From positions 2,368,001 through 2,432,000 of the forward strand of contig OY969767.1 of the NCBI GenBank assembly GCA_963702895.1: a DNA stretch of 64,000 nt, written 5' to 3'. The number at the start of each line of letters is the position of its first letter. Within the stretch, counting starts at the first letter, position 1. This stretch comes from an uncultured Elusimicrobia bacterium. Its GTDB lineage: Bacteria; Elusimicrobiota; Elusimicrobia; 2-01-FULL-59-12. A program made the position numbers and the translations under genes. The notes below the pieces were generated by a model. That model saw only the letters and a program-made list of their open reading frames with translations, made no database searches and was not told where the DNA came from. Below, piece by piece: positions 1 to 9,310 of this stretch.

Positions 1-32
1 AAGGGGCCGTCCTCTACGGCACATCGGAAGAT

Positions 33-482
33 ATGACGACGGAGGCCTGGCGCGCTCTCAACGCGGGGGACTATCCGCACGCGATCCGCCAGGCGCGCGC
101 GACCGTTGAGGAATGGTCAAGCGCCGCAAAGTATCTTCAAAGGATGAAAAAGGCCGAGGTGGGCGCTCTGGTGGAGTATGCGGGCGATCCAAAAGACAAA
201 ATCAGGGTCTTTAAGTATTGGGCACTCAACGATGTCGCAGCGGCTTATTTTGTCCTCGGAAAAGCGCTCGACCACGAGAAAGATTTCATCGGCGCCTCTC
301 ATGCGTTTTCGCAAGTTGTGACGCAGTATCCTCTCGCCCAGATCTGGGACCCTCAAGGATGGTTCTGGTCCCCGGTTCAAGCCATCACCGATGACTATGT
401 GCTGGCCGACCGTAAACACTACGGCTGGGTCCTGCCTCGCGCGTTCGCCGAAGGCTCCCGTACCGGCAAAACCCCCTACTAA
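33..482 (+). CDS. Hypothetical TPR-like helical protein, possibly 5'-truncated by the window edge
   Basis: 149-aa ORF whose frame stays open back to position 3; TPR-like helices with WALNDVAAAYF and AQIWDPQGWFWSP motifs. Confidence 0.6.
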   Translation: MTTEAWRALNAGDYPHAIRQARATVEEWSSAAKYLQRMKKAEVGALVEYAGDPKDKIRVFKYWALNDVAAAYFVLGKALDHEKDFIGASHAFSQVVTQYPLAQIWDPQGWFWSPVQAITDDYVLADRKHYGWVLPRAFAEGSRTGKTPY

Positions 483-493
483 CCGCTCAGAGC

Positions 494-777
494 GGTCGGG
501 TTCCGTTCGCTCCATGGCGTTTTCTCCTCCTTCGCCAAGGCTACGGAGTACCGCCGTCTCCCTTCGGACAGGCCTCACAACTCCTCGTCCCCCAGCCCCC
601 CTATCTTTAGCGGATGGGGGACTTCGTCGGACCCCGTCCTCCTGATAAGCGCGACTGCGCGATATCGTCGGGGCCGCCCCATCCTTATACCGGTATAGGA
701 AAGTGGGGCGGACAGTTCGGCCTCGGCGTCCTCAGGGAGCCGGCTGAAAACGCCAAGTCGCTCACAGGAACCCGACC
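494..777. repeat. Composite ~285-bp inverted-repeat element with nested hairpins
   Basis: ggtcgggttcc (494-504) pairs with ggaacccgacc (767-777); ggcgttttc pairs with gaaaacgcc; internal hairpins gtccccca..tgggggac and ccgcccca..tggggcgg; lies between convergent genes. Confidence 0.6.
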
Positions 778-883
778 TGCCCTTCGCCCCTCCTTTTATC
801 ACGCTAAACGAGCGAAGACCAGCCAGGCTCTGGGAGCGAATGGTGTACTGAGCGAACAGAGCTCCGCGGTCCTGAGTGAGTGA

Positions 884-1879
884 TTATTCTTCTTCGCGCA
901 GACGCGCTTTGTACGCCTCGTCCTGATCCAGGACTTTGACTTGGGGGGTGATCACCAGGTAGGGAATGTTTTTCTTCTTGAGTTGCTCCGCCATTTCCTG
1001 CGTATGAAATCCGCCGCTGATGAGCGCTGTGTAGCCGGGCGTTTTCCCCATGCGAGCGAGGAGATTCTTCACCATGGCCGTGCTGCGGGCCTCGGCAGCC
1101 TCATAATAAGTCTCAGCGGCCTTGATTGTGGCCTGATAATCGCGTGATCCCTGCGGCGTAAGGGAGCGGTATTTGAGATAGTCCAGATACTCCTTCGGCT
1201 GAAGACGCAGAAGGAGGAGCTTGACCACATTGTCCAAGTGCGCTTTCATCACGGGCGAGGCGCCCCCGGAAAGGAATTCTCGCGTCGACTTAATTTCCGT
1301 GAGGGCTTTGTTGCGGTTGCGGTCGACGTATTTGGCCGCCCGCCAGTTTTTCCGGTAGAGCTCCGGGTCATCGATGCCCCAGAGAAGAATAGGGGAGAGG
1401 GAGACAGGTCCCGGCTGCCGGCTGGGTCGAAACCAGGATTTGACGCGGTCCCACAAAACGACGTACGACTGCTCCCACTGGGCCGCCGCTTCGGTCGCGG
1501 CGAGCTCCGCCCCCGTCAGATACGCGCGGCGCAGAAGCATCGCCTCAAAAGCACGACGGATAAAGCGCGGCAAACTGCGAAGGAGCGACACATCTCCCTC
1601 CCCTGAGGCCCCCTCCACGCAGACAATGAGGGCGGGGACCTTATTGATCTCGAGGAGCCTGTAGAGAATGGCCGCGATGTTCTTTTGGACGCCCACATTC
1701 GCATGGAGGTCTTGAATCATGACCACCATCTGCTGGGCCGAGGCTTCTGTTCCGGGGTAGAAATCGGTGATGGCTCCGTGTCGCTCGGGGACCGAAAAAG
1801 GCGGCCGGCGGGATTTGGCTGCCTGTCCTGAGGACGTTAGCATCAGCAGACAGATCAGGGCTGTGAACGGACGTTTCAT
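884..1879 (-). CDS. Secreted stand-alone homologue of the giant protein's N-terminal domain (ChaN/TraB/Tiki-like motifs)
   Basis: Signal peptide MKRPFTALICLLMLTSSGQA; motifs IQDLHANVGVQKNIA, VCVEG, LTGAE, LISGGFH and YLVITP are collinear with the 6672-aa ORF. Confidence 0.8.
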   Translation of the reverse strand: MKRPFTALICLLMLTSSGQAAKSRRPPFSVPERHGAITDFYPGTEASAQQMVVMIQDLHANVGVQKNIAAILYRLLEINKVPALIVCVEGASGEGDVSLLRSLPRFIRRAFEAMLLRRAYLTGAELAATEAAAQWEQSYVVLWDRVKSWFRPSRQPGPVSLSPILLWGIDDPELYRKNWRAAKYVDRNRNKALTEIKSTREFLSGGASPVMKAHLDNVVKLLLLRLQPKEYLDYLKYRSLTPQGSRDYQATIKAAETYYEAAEARSTAMVKNLLARMGKTPGYTALISGGFHTQEMAEQLKKKNIPYLVITPQVKVLDQDEAYKARLREEE

Positions 1880-2032
1880 GCCACGAAAGTCTAGCAAAAT
1901 CGGGAGCCTTCAAGGACACGCGAAGACCGCCCCATTAGAATGCGAGGGACTCGAAGCGGACGCCGTACGAGCGTGCGGCGGCCCTCGCGAGGATTGTCCA
2001 TCAGCAGGTGTATCCGAAGGCAGTAATTTGCT

Positions 2033-2467
2033 TTGATATTTGCTGTGGAAAGTCGAAAAGGTTTTACTTTGATTGAGCTGATGATCGTGATTCTGATCAT
2101 CGGAATTCTGGCCGCGATCGGGACAGCCCAGTACCAAAGCATGATTCGCAAATCAGCGGACGGGCTCACCAAAGGCAATCTCGGCACCATGCGGTCCTCC
2201 TTGTCCATCTACTACGGGGATAATGAAGTCATGTACCCTCGGGATAACCTGAATTGCCTCATTCAGAACAGGAAATACCTCGAAGCGATGCCCTTCACTC
2301 GCATCTTGCCGACCCACGTCGATACCACGCTGGTCACCGGCGAAACCACGCCGACGGAAACGGGCGGATGGTCCTACAACAACGATGACACAAGCACCGC
2401 CTGGGGACTCCTCAAAGTGGGCTGTTTTCACCAGGACAGCCGCAGCGAGATTTGGTCGACTTATTAA
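2033..2467 (+). CDS. Type IV pilin / GspG-like pseudopilin
   Basis: Prepilin peptidase site RKG|FTLIELMIVILIIGILAAI; start codon uncertain (TTG 2033 or GTG 2045). Confidence 0.9.
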   Translation: MIFAVESRKGFTLIELMIVILIIGILAAIGTAQYQSMIRKSADGLTKGNLGTMRSSLSIYYGDNEVMYPRDNLNCLIQNRKYLEAMPFTRILPTHVDTTLVTGETTPTETGGWSYNNDDTSTAWGLLKVGCFHQDSRSEIWSTY

Positions 2468-2513
2468 GTTCTTGAGCCAAGAGTCCGCGCCAACGCATCG
2501 CAGCAAACCTTAA

Positions 2514-2679
2514 TAACCCGGAAACTGCAGTTGCCGTCACCCCGGCGGCTGTCAGCCGGGGTCTATCATCGTCGTAAACGGATTGATGGATCCCCCACTT
2601 ACAGCCATGGGGGATGACGGCACAAATATGTCCCGACCTCTCAGTCGATAAAGAACGTTCAACAGAACTTTTCCGGATA
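2514..2679 (+). mobile_element. MITE/REPIN-like element family A, copy 1
   Basis: Starts taacccggaaactgcagttgccgtcaccccggcg; contains a CGTC-type REP doublet; ends in a degenerate inverted terminus caacagaacttttccggata; homologous to copies at 40494 and 59248. Confidence 0.75.
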
Positions 2680-2714
2680 ATTCAGAACAGGCCCCCTGGA
2701 TGAGGAACTCCCTG

Positions 2715-3410
2715 TTATTTCTTGGAAGAGGGGCGATTCGATTCGGCAACGATCTGGAGAAGGTCCTGGATGTCGTCGATTTGGTAATCGGCGATGACGT
2801 TTTGCTGGTTTTGGAGGTCGCCGTAGCGGGCAAAGACCGTGGTGAGACCCACCTTTTTGGCGCCGACCATGTCGCGCTCGGCCCAATCCCCAATCATGAT
2901 GGCTTCCTCCGGCTTCATTTTGAGGTGCGAAAGCGCCGTGAGAAAAGGCTTGGGATCGGGCTTGCGCACCCCGGTATCATCATAGGTGATGACAACGTCG
3001 AAATAATGCTGCAGTCCCAAGCCGCAGATCCGCAGCCACACGGGAAGCCGCGGCGCGTCCGAGACCACGGCCATGCGGATCCCCCGCCGGACGAGGCCCG
3101 TAAGGGTGAGCTGCACATGGGGATAGAGGGCCAGCGTCCCTTCTTTGGCGCGGCGGTAGCCGATAATGCCCGCGGCGAGGATCTTGTAGTCGATCTTGCC
3201 GAACTCTTTGAGCAGCACTTTGTCGAAGATTTGCTGGTCTTCGATGCCTTCGGCGGTGTAGACCTTGTAGATCTTTTCGATCATGGCCTCTTTCTTAAAT
3301 GGAAGGCCCGCGTCGATCATGGCGTCCACCGCGGCCTCCACCGCGGCCTTCTTCATCCGCATGAAGTCCATCAGGGTGTTGTCAAAATCAAAAATCACTG
3401 CCTTAATCAT
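2715..3410 (-). CDS. HAD-superfamily hydrolase (subfamily IA)
   Basis: MIKAVIFDFDNTL motif I, KPDPKPF, IGDWAERDMVGA; start moved to ATG 3410. Confidence 0.9.
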   Translation of the reverse strand: MIKAVIFDFDNTLMDFMRMKKAAVEAAVDAMIDAGLPFKKEAMIEKIYKVYTAEGIEDQQIFDKVLLKEFGKIDYKILAAGIIGYRRAKEGTLALYPHVQLTLTGLVRRGIRMAVVSDAPRLPVWLRICGLGLQHYFDVVITYDDTGVRKPDPKPFLTALSHLKMKPEEAIMIGDWAERDMVGAKKVGLTTVFARYGDLQNQQNVIADYQIDDIQDLLQIVAESNRPSSKK

Positions 3411-3430
3411 AAAGAGGTCCCTAGATGTGC

Positions 3431-3621
3431 GTGCGGGACCCTCACGTCCACTCCGCTCCAGCGCATCCGGACAGCCCGTCTTGTCCGCTCTCGCAGCCTG
3501 CGGAACTCGGGCTCTCCCAAGACATAGCAAGTCGGTAGCCCTCGCACAGTCCTCGGCTTGACGCGCTCAAGCGGACAATCCGCCGGATGCGAGTCGCTGC
3601 GTGGACGTGAGGGTCCCGCAC
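3431..3621. other. 191-nt rod-like inverted-repeat structure (6S-RNA-sized ncRNA candidate or MITE)
   Basis: Perfect 21-bp terminal IR gtgcgggaccctcacgtccac / gtggacgtgagggtcccgcac plus nested pairings gcatccgg/ccggatgc, ttgtccgct/agcggacaa and gggct/agccc. Confidence 0.5.
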
Positions 3622-3802
3622 CGCTACAAAACATTTCCATCCAAACGAGCCCTGACTGATATCTGAAGTGCGCATTAGCTTCCCCCAGCCGACGACGGAT
3701 GGTCCGAAATAACTCCCCGCCGAAGACGGGGGATGGGGGGTAGGACCATCCTAGGAGGCGCCAGGAAGCGCCTGCGCACGGAAGATAGCAGGCAGGGCTC
3801 GC

Positions 3803-4672
3803 TCAGCATGATATGTATTTGTTGATGAGGGGCTTCAATTTCTTCTTAGTTGCTGAGGCGATTTTTTGACGATCGGTAAGAATGGCGTACTGCAAGGCGC
3901 TCGCACATTCGCAGTGGCGCTCGCGCGTGACTTTCGCCACCACCGAACCCAGCAACTTCTTGACGTTGGCGGTGTTGGCGTTTAAATTTCCGATGACCAT
4001 CTCGATGGTCACCGGCTCTTCGTGCCAGACATCATAATCGGTCACCAGCGCCACGGAGGCGTAACAGATCTCCGCTTCCCGGGCGAGTTTGCACTCGGGC
4101 ACATTCGTCATCCCAATGACCGAAAACCCGAGCGAACGGTAAACCCTGGATTCCGCTTTGGTCGAGAATTGCGGGCCTTCGATACAAACGTAAGTCCCGC
4201 CGGGGTGAGTTTGAAACCCTAACGCGGTCGCCTGCCGGCACAATATGTTGGAGAGCTCGGGGCAGTAGGGGTTGGCCATGCCGACATGCGCCACGATCCC
4301 TTTCTCAAAGAATGTCGAGGGACGCGACTTCGTCCGATCAAAGATCTGGTCCGGAAAGACCATGTCCCGGGGCTTGAGTTCTTTCTTCAAACTGCCGCAA
4401 GCCGAAACGGAAATGATTTGCTCCACCCCCAGCGTCTTCAAAGCATAAATATTGGCCCTGTGATTGACTTCGCTCGGGTTGAGGCGGTGCCCTCGGCCGT
4501 GCCGGGGAAGAAAAACAACAGGCGTGCCACTGAGCTTGCCGAGGAGGAGCGCGTCCGAGGCAGGGCCAAAAGGCGTGCGGACCTTCACGGTCCGAACACC
4601 CTCCAGCCCCTCCATGTGATAGAGACCGCTGCCTCCGATGACGGCGAGTTTTACGTTGGTTGGATGGCCCAT
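3803..4672 (-). CDS. mtnP: S-methyl-5'-thioadenosine phosphorylase
   Basis: IGGSGLY, LPRHGRGH, SACGSL, EGPQFSTKAES, IGMT, VTDYD motifs. Confidence 0.95.
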   Translation of the reverse strand: MGHPTNVKLAVIGGSGLYHMEGLEGVRTVKVRTPFGPASDALLLGKLSGTPVVFLPRHGRGHRLNPSEVNHRANIYALKTLGVEQIISVSACGSLKKELKPRDMVFPDQIFDRTKSRPSTFFEKGIVAHVGMANPYCPELSNILCRQATALGFQTHPGGTYVCIEGPQFSTKAESRVYRSLGFSVIGMTNVPECKLAREAEICYASVALVTDYDVWHEEPVTIEMVIGNLNANTANVKKLLGSVVAKVTRERHCECASALQYAILTDRQKIASATKKKLKPLINKYISC

Positions 4673-6243
4673 AGAAAAGGGAACTCCTCTCGGGGTGTGG
4701 CTTGGGGGATGGCGACCAAGGTCTTGGGCACCTCGCCGGAGGGTGGAAGCGCCGCCGGCCAGGAAAAACCGCCGCGCTTCAGCATCACCTTCGTCGGGCT
4801 GCGCTTGCCGCGAGGCAGGATGCCTTCCACATGCCGGATTTCAAAAGCCGGCATATCAAATCCTTCCCCAAAAGGCTCCATCCGCACAAGCGCCTCCCAC
4901 CAGGAGGCGTCGGCCTCCTCAAGGCTGAGGGTCGCTTCCGGGGCGCGAGCGCATGAGGTTTTGCCAACATTTTGTTCCTCCGCCATCTTCATGAGCCCCT
5001 CGCGCAGCGCGGGAAAGTCTGACTTGCGGACGGTGAGCCCCACAGCGCCTTGGTGCCCGCCAAATTTAACCAGAAGGTCTTCGTGGCGCACGATCCACTG
5101 GAAGAGGTCCGTGTGGGCTGTCCCACGGCCGGACCCGACCAGATCATCTCCCTGCTCGACAAAGAGAAAGGCCGGCCGGCCGTACTTTTGGACAAGCGAC
5201 TGGGCCGCCAAACCCGTCACAGACGGTTCCAGGTCGCGCGCCGTGGCCACGAGAACGGGGTCTTGGTCCGGAACACATTGTTCCAGTACCGTGCGCTCAA
5301 AATGACTCAGGCTCTGGTCCTGGGCGCGACGGCGCGCGCTGTTCAACCCCAGAAGCGCGTCGATCGCTTCCTTGGCCGCGAAGGGATCTTCGGTCAGGAG
5401 AAGCTGGACCGCCCATTGCGGCTGCCCTAAACGGCCGGCAGCGTTCAGGAGCGGGATGATCTGCCAGCTGGCCTGACGCACGGTGACCGGGTTGCCTTTG
5501 ATACGGAAGAAGCGCATGAGCGCCGCCAGGCCGGTCTTGGAGGTTTTGGCCAGGCGCCGCAGTCCATGCCAAACCATGGCACGGTTCGCGCCCGTCAGAG
5601 GCACTCGGTCCGCCAGGATCCCCAGCGCCACAAGGTCCAAATGGCTGTAAAGGAAATAATCCAGCCGATCATGATCGGATGGATCGATGTAGGTGCGCCA
5701 CAGGGCTTCGGCCAGATGAAAGGCCATGACGCTCCCGCAGGGTTTCTCGTCATGATCTTCGGTCGCCACGCCGGGATGGATCCAGGCAAAGGCCTCCGGC
5801 CGGGCCTCCTGCATGCGGTGGTGGTCCGCCACGATGACTTCGATGCCCTCTCGGGCGAGCCAGGCGAGCTCTTCCTTTTCGCCCGTGCCGCAATCCACCA
5901 GAACCAGGACTCGGGCCCCGGTACGCACCAGCGTTTCCAGCACGGGACGTTCCAGACCCCTGCCTTGAAGGGGGCTTCCCCAATGGACCGGGGCACCCAA
6001 CGTCTTCAGGGAACGGGCAAGGATCGCAAGCCCGCTCAGGCCATCCACATCTCGGTCAGCATAAATCGCCACCGGCTCCTGGCTCTCGACAGCCGCACGC
6101 AAACGTCCCACAGCTTTTGCCATATCCGGCAGCGTATAGGCCCGCTGCGGCAGTTCGGGCTCAAGCAGCGTCGCAAGACTCTCCGCTGTCCGATAGCCAC
6201 GTTGGTGCAGGAATTGGAGCAAGGAAGGAGGAATATCGTTCAC
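4651..6243 (-). CDS. recJ: RecJ-like ssDNA-specific exonuclease (DHH family)
   Basis: DRDVDG, VDCG, DHH, ADRVPL, LNAAGRL, GSGR, FGGH, EPFG motifs. Confidence 0.9.
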   Translation of the reverse strand: MNDIPPSLLQFLHQRGYRTAESLATLLEPELPQRAYTLPDMAKAVGRLRAAVESQEPVAIYADRDVDGLSGLAILARSLKTLGAPVHWGSPLQGRGLERPVLETLVRTGARVLVLVDCGTGEKEELAWLAREGIEVIVADHHRMQEARPEAFAWIHPGVATEDHDEKPCGSVMAFHLAEALWRTYIDPSDHDRLDYFLYSHLDLVALGILADRVPLTGANRAMVWHGLRRLAKTSKTGLAALMRFFRIKGNPVTVRQASWQIIPLLNAAGRLGQPQWAVQLLLTEDPFAAKEAIDALLGLNSARRRAQDQSLSHFERTVLEQCVPDQDPVLVATARDLEPSVTGLAAQSLVQKYGRPAFLFVEQGDDLVGSGRGTAHTDLFQWIVRHEDLLVKFGGHQGAVGLTVRKSDFPALREGLMKMAEEQNVGKTSCARAPEATLSLEEADASWWEALVRMEPFGEGFDMPAFEIRHVEGILPRGKRSPTKVMLKRGGFSWPAALPPSGEVPKTLVAIPQATPREEFPFLWAIQPT

Positions 6244-8582
6244 GGCTTGTTTTCCACCGCGATCTCGGGCCGCGCCCGCGGGAGAATAAAGCGAAATTCG
6301 GACCCTTTTCCGCGCTCGGAATCCACCCAGACTTTTCCACGATGGCTTTCGATGATCGATTTCACGATCGCGAGCCCCAGCCCAGTCCCTTTGTGGGGGT
6401 AGCCGCTCCCCACTTTAACCTGGTAGAACTTATCAAAGATTCTTTCCTGCTCCTCCTTGGCAATACCGGAGCCTGTGTCCTTCATGGAAACCATCACATA
6501 GTCTCCTTTATCGAGCGCGCTGATCGTAATGCCCCCCTGGACCGTGAACTTGAGGGCATTGGCGAGGAGATTATCCAACACTTGTGTGAGGCGATCCGGG
6601 TCTGCCAGGACCCTCGGCAGGTCTTTCGGGAGGTGGAGCGCAAGCGTGAGATTCTGGGCCTTGACCTGAGGCGCGAAACTGATCGCGAGCCGCTCGCACA
6701 CGTCTTGAAGGTGGATGGGCCTCAGCTGCATTTTAATTTGCCCCGCCTCGATTCGCGATATGTCCAATAAGTCCGACACCAGAAGCGTCAGCCGATTGAT
6801 GGCCTTGTCCGAGGTTTCAAGGAAATGGCGCTGCTGGGAATTGAGCGGGCCGGTTTCTTCATTGAGAACGATCGAGGAAAAACCCTTGATGGTCGTCAGC
6901 GGCGTGCGCAGTTCGTGGCTCACCATGGTGATGAACTCATTTTTGAGCCGGTTGATGTGCTCCAGCTTCTCGTTGGCGGCCTTTAACCGGTCATAGAGGA
7001 TGGATCTCTCGATGGGGATGGCCGCCTGGTTGGCGAGCAGCACGGCTTGACGCTTTTTTTCCTGGGAAAAAGACCGGGGAGGGAACAACCCCAGGGCCAG
7101 AATACCGACACATCGCTGCTCGACTTTGAGTGGTAAATACAGGGCCTGTCCCAGTTTCAAAGCGCGGACCAGATCGTCTTTTTCCCATGCCGTGGTCGCG
7201 GAAGCGCGTTCATAAAAAAACTGTTCTTGCTCGTTAAAGGCCGTGGCCAGGGGCACTTTTTCGGATACCCCCAGCGTCAAGGCCTGAGGATCAAAAGAAA
7301 GCGACGAATCCCAATCCCCCCCCATCATGACCAGCGTTTCATTTTCGATGTGATGCACAAAGAAAAAGCAGAGATCCGCCGACAGGGCCCTGCGGATCAC
7401 GCGACCCAAGGCACCCACGGTATCCGACAAGACCGGCGGGCTGGGCAGCTGGGCCCCCATCTCTTGAAGAATGCTCAAGTCATAAACACGCTTGCGAAGT
7501 TCCTCATCCAGGCTAATGCGCTGCATCATATCGGTCACCCGGCCGATCAAAAGGGACACGAGGCGCACGTCGTCCTGATGGAAGAGTCCGTTCAGCTTGT
7601 TGATCGCACAAAACATGCCTTGGACGGAACCTTCGCGAAGGAGGGGCAAGGCCAAGAGCGATCGCACGCCAAGCTCACGCCAGGCCGCAGGGAGACTCTC
7701 GCTGGAATCCAGAAGGTTGAGGATTTGGGGTTGCTTGGTGACCATGAGTTCGGCGAGCCACGGACTCCCCTCGACTTTACACGCAAGACCTTGGGCCACC
7801 ACCGGATCCAGGTCAAAGGCGGGCAGAACAGGCTCGAGCGTATCGATGGAACCCCTGAGAAAGAAGAAAGCGGCCCCTTGCACCCCCACCAGATCCTTCA
7901 CACAGGACGTCATTAAGCGAACCACCTCGTCCACCGTGGTGGCCGCCGTTGTCGCCATCGCCAGTTCATAGATCGATTTGAGCTCGCGTACTTTTTGGAC
8001 GAGGTGCGTATTCGTACGGGAGAGTTCCTGGACCGTTGAGGCGACCTGGGCCTGGAGTCCTTTGTTGAAGGCCTCCAGGTCTGCCACTTTCTTATTGTTG
8101 TAAAGCGCAAGCGCGAGGCGCTCGGTGAGCGTGGAAAGTTCTTGGATCCGGTCCTCGGGGAGGCGTTTCGCTTGCTGCGAGCCAAAGAGGGCGGTTCCGA
8201 TCACCCGCCCCTCCGCTTTCAATGGAAGAAGGATCGCGGACTTGAGGCGCTGGCGCTCAAACAACGATTTCAGGACTTCCTTGTCCTCCAATTCTTCTCC
8301 TGAAGCGATCACGCGCGCTAAAGCGGAGGCATACGCCACTCCGATGGCGCCTTCCCCTTTCGCGATGCGGACGGATTGCGTGAAGGTCTGGGAAACGCCC
8401 AGCGCGTATTCGGCACGAAGAAAACCATCGTTGTTTTCAACCAAGAGGATGCACGTGGAGAACCCGTAATGATGGAAGGCGCCGGTGAGCAAACTATCGA
8501 GGCCATTTTTTAAATGGAGCGGCGCGCCCAGGAGTTTGGACGCCTCGTAAAGAAGGAGAGAAGACGTCTCGGGCGTGCTCAC
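6240..8582 (-). CDS. Cytoplasmic multi-GAF sensor histidine kinase
   Basis: Three GAF-like segments; H-box SHELRTPL, N-box NALKF, G boxes DTGSGI and GTGLGL. Confidence 0.92.
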   Translation of the reverse strand: MSTPETSSLLLYEASKLLGAPLHLKNGLDSLLTGAFHHYGFSTCILLVENNDGFLRAEYALGVSQTFTQSVRIAKGEGAIGVAYASALARVIASGEELEDKEVLKSLFERQRLKSAILLPLKAEGRVIGTALFGSQQAKRLPEDRIQELSTLTERLALALYNNKKVADLEAFNKGLQAQVASTVQELSRTNTHLVQKVRELKSIYELAMATTAATTVDEVVRLMTSCVKDLVGVQGAAFFFLRGSIDTLEPVLPAFDLDPVVAQGLACKVEGSPWLAELMVTKQPQILNLLDSSESLPAAWRELGVRSLLALPLLREGSVQGMFCAINKLNGLFHQDDVRLVSLLIGRVTDMMQRISLDEELRKRVYDLSILQEMGAQLPSPPVLSDTVGALGRVIRRALSADLCFFFVHHIENETLVMMGGDWDSSLSFDPQALTLGVSEKVPLATAFNEQEQFFYERASATTAWEKDDLVRALKLGQALYLPLKVEQRCVGILALGLFPPRSFSQEKKRQAVLLANQAAIPIERSILYDRLKAANEKLEHINRLKNEFITMVSHELRTPLTTIKGFSSIVLNEETGPLNSQQRHFLETSDKAINRLTLLVSDLLDISRIEAGQIKMQLRPIHLQDVCERLAISFAPQVKAQNLTLALHLPKDLPRVLADPDRLTQVLDNLLANALKFTVQGGITISALDKGDYVMVSMKDTGSGIAKEEQERIFDKFYQVKVGSGYPHKGTGLGLAIVKSIIESHRGKVWVDSERGKGSEFRFILPRARPEIAVENKP

Positions 8583-9310
8583 TGGCTGCCCATTTGCGGA
8601 ATCACTCGACTGAGCGAGCGCACGAGCGAGCCCACCGTGCCCTGAAGGGCGCTCTGAAGGTCCAGGCCCTCATAGCTCATACTGTCCGCCCATACGGTAT
8701 TGCCTGTCGCCGAGTCCACCAGGCGCACGATCGCGCCGACCGTGGCGCTCACCGAGACCACCTGCGCGTTGGGAACTCCCATCGCGGGCCCCTGCGGCGT
8801 CACCTCGCTTCCGCTGAGCGAGACAATCGGATTGTTCATGATGATGGTTTGTCCACCGGGGGCCATCAAGGCCGTGTCGCCCAAAAAAACCATGAGCTTG
8901 TCGCTGGGTCGGTACTCCGTCACAGAGCCCATTAGGGTGGCGTCGCCAGGGTGCTTCGCATCCGTAATTTCAAGCCTTGACCCCACCAGAATTCGAACAA
9001 ACTCATCCGAGACGGCCGCGCCGCCTATCCCGGTGAAGGGGGCCACCGAGATGCGCTTGATCTTTGAAAAATCATAGCCTTTTTTAACGGTCATACGGGG
9101 CGAAGCGCAAGCGCCGAAAAGGAAAAGAGAAAAGAGCAAAGAGAAAAGAGAGAACGCGAGCCCCCTCCTCGAAACCCCTTCTCCCAGCGCTGACGATGGG
9201 AGAAGGCGGGGAGGAGGGCACCGGCGTTTGGCCCTCACCCGTTGCCCTTTGGGCAACGCCCTCTCTCGTCTTACGCCGGGAGAGGAGATTGGTTTCAAGC
9301 GTTCCGTCAA
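8579..9310 (-). CDS. Putative lipoprotein (CsgG/LpoB-like fold possible)
   Basis: Lipobox LFGA|C after a hydrophobic stretch; TTG start overlaps the upstream stop; N-terminus carries translated palindromic repeats. Confidence 0.65.
   Translation of the reverse strand: MTERLKPISSPGVRRERALPKGQRVRAKRRCPPPRLLPSSALGEGVSRRGLAFSLFSLLFSLFLFGACASPRMTVKKGYDFSKIKRISVAPFTGIGGAAVSDEFVRILVGSRLEITDAKHPGDATLMGSVTEYRPSDKLMVFLGDTALMAPGGQTIIMNNPIVSLSGSEVTPQGPAMGVPNAQVVSVSATVGAIVRLVDSATGNTVWADSMSYEGLDLQSALQGTVGSLVRSLSRVIPQMGSQ
9163..9287. repeat. CCCTCACCC..CTCTCCC..GGGAGAGG-type palindromic repeat inside the 5' end of the lipoprotein ORF
   Basis: ccctcctc/gaggaggg enclosing ccttctccca/tgggagaagg, then gccctcaccc..cctctctcg..cgggagagg; same family as 47514-47589. 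Confidence 0.65.

Noticed and set aside
1942..1989. Hairpin upstream of the pilin as a c-di-GMP riboswitch
   Set aside because: gcgaggg/ccctcgc pairing exists, but class I/II consensus motifs were not recognisable
2700..3527. 275-aa plus-strand ORF
   Set aside because: Antisense to the HAD hydrolase, which has clear motifs
3697..3751. Hairpin ggatggtcc/ggaccatcc as an intrinsic terminator
   Set aside because: Large interior and no U-tract on either strand; function unclear
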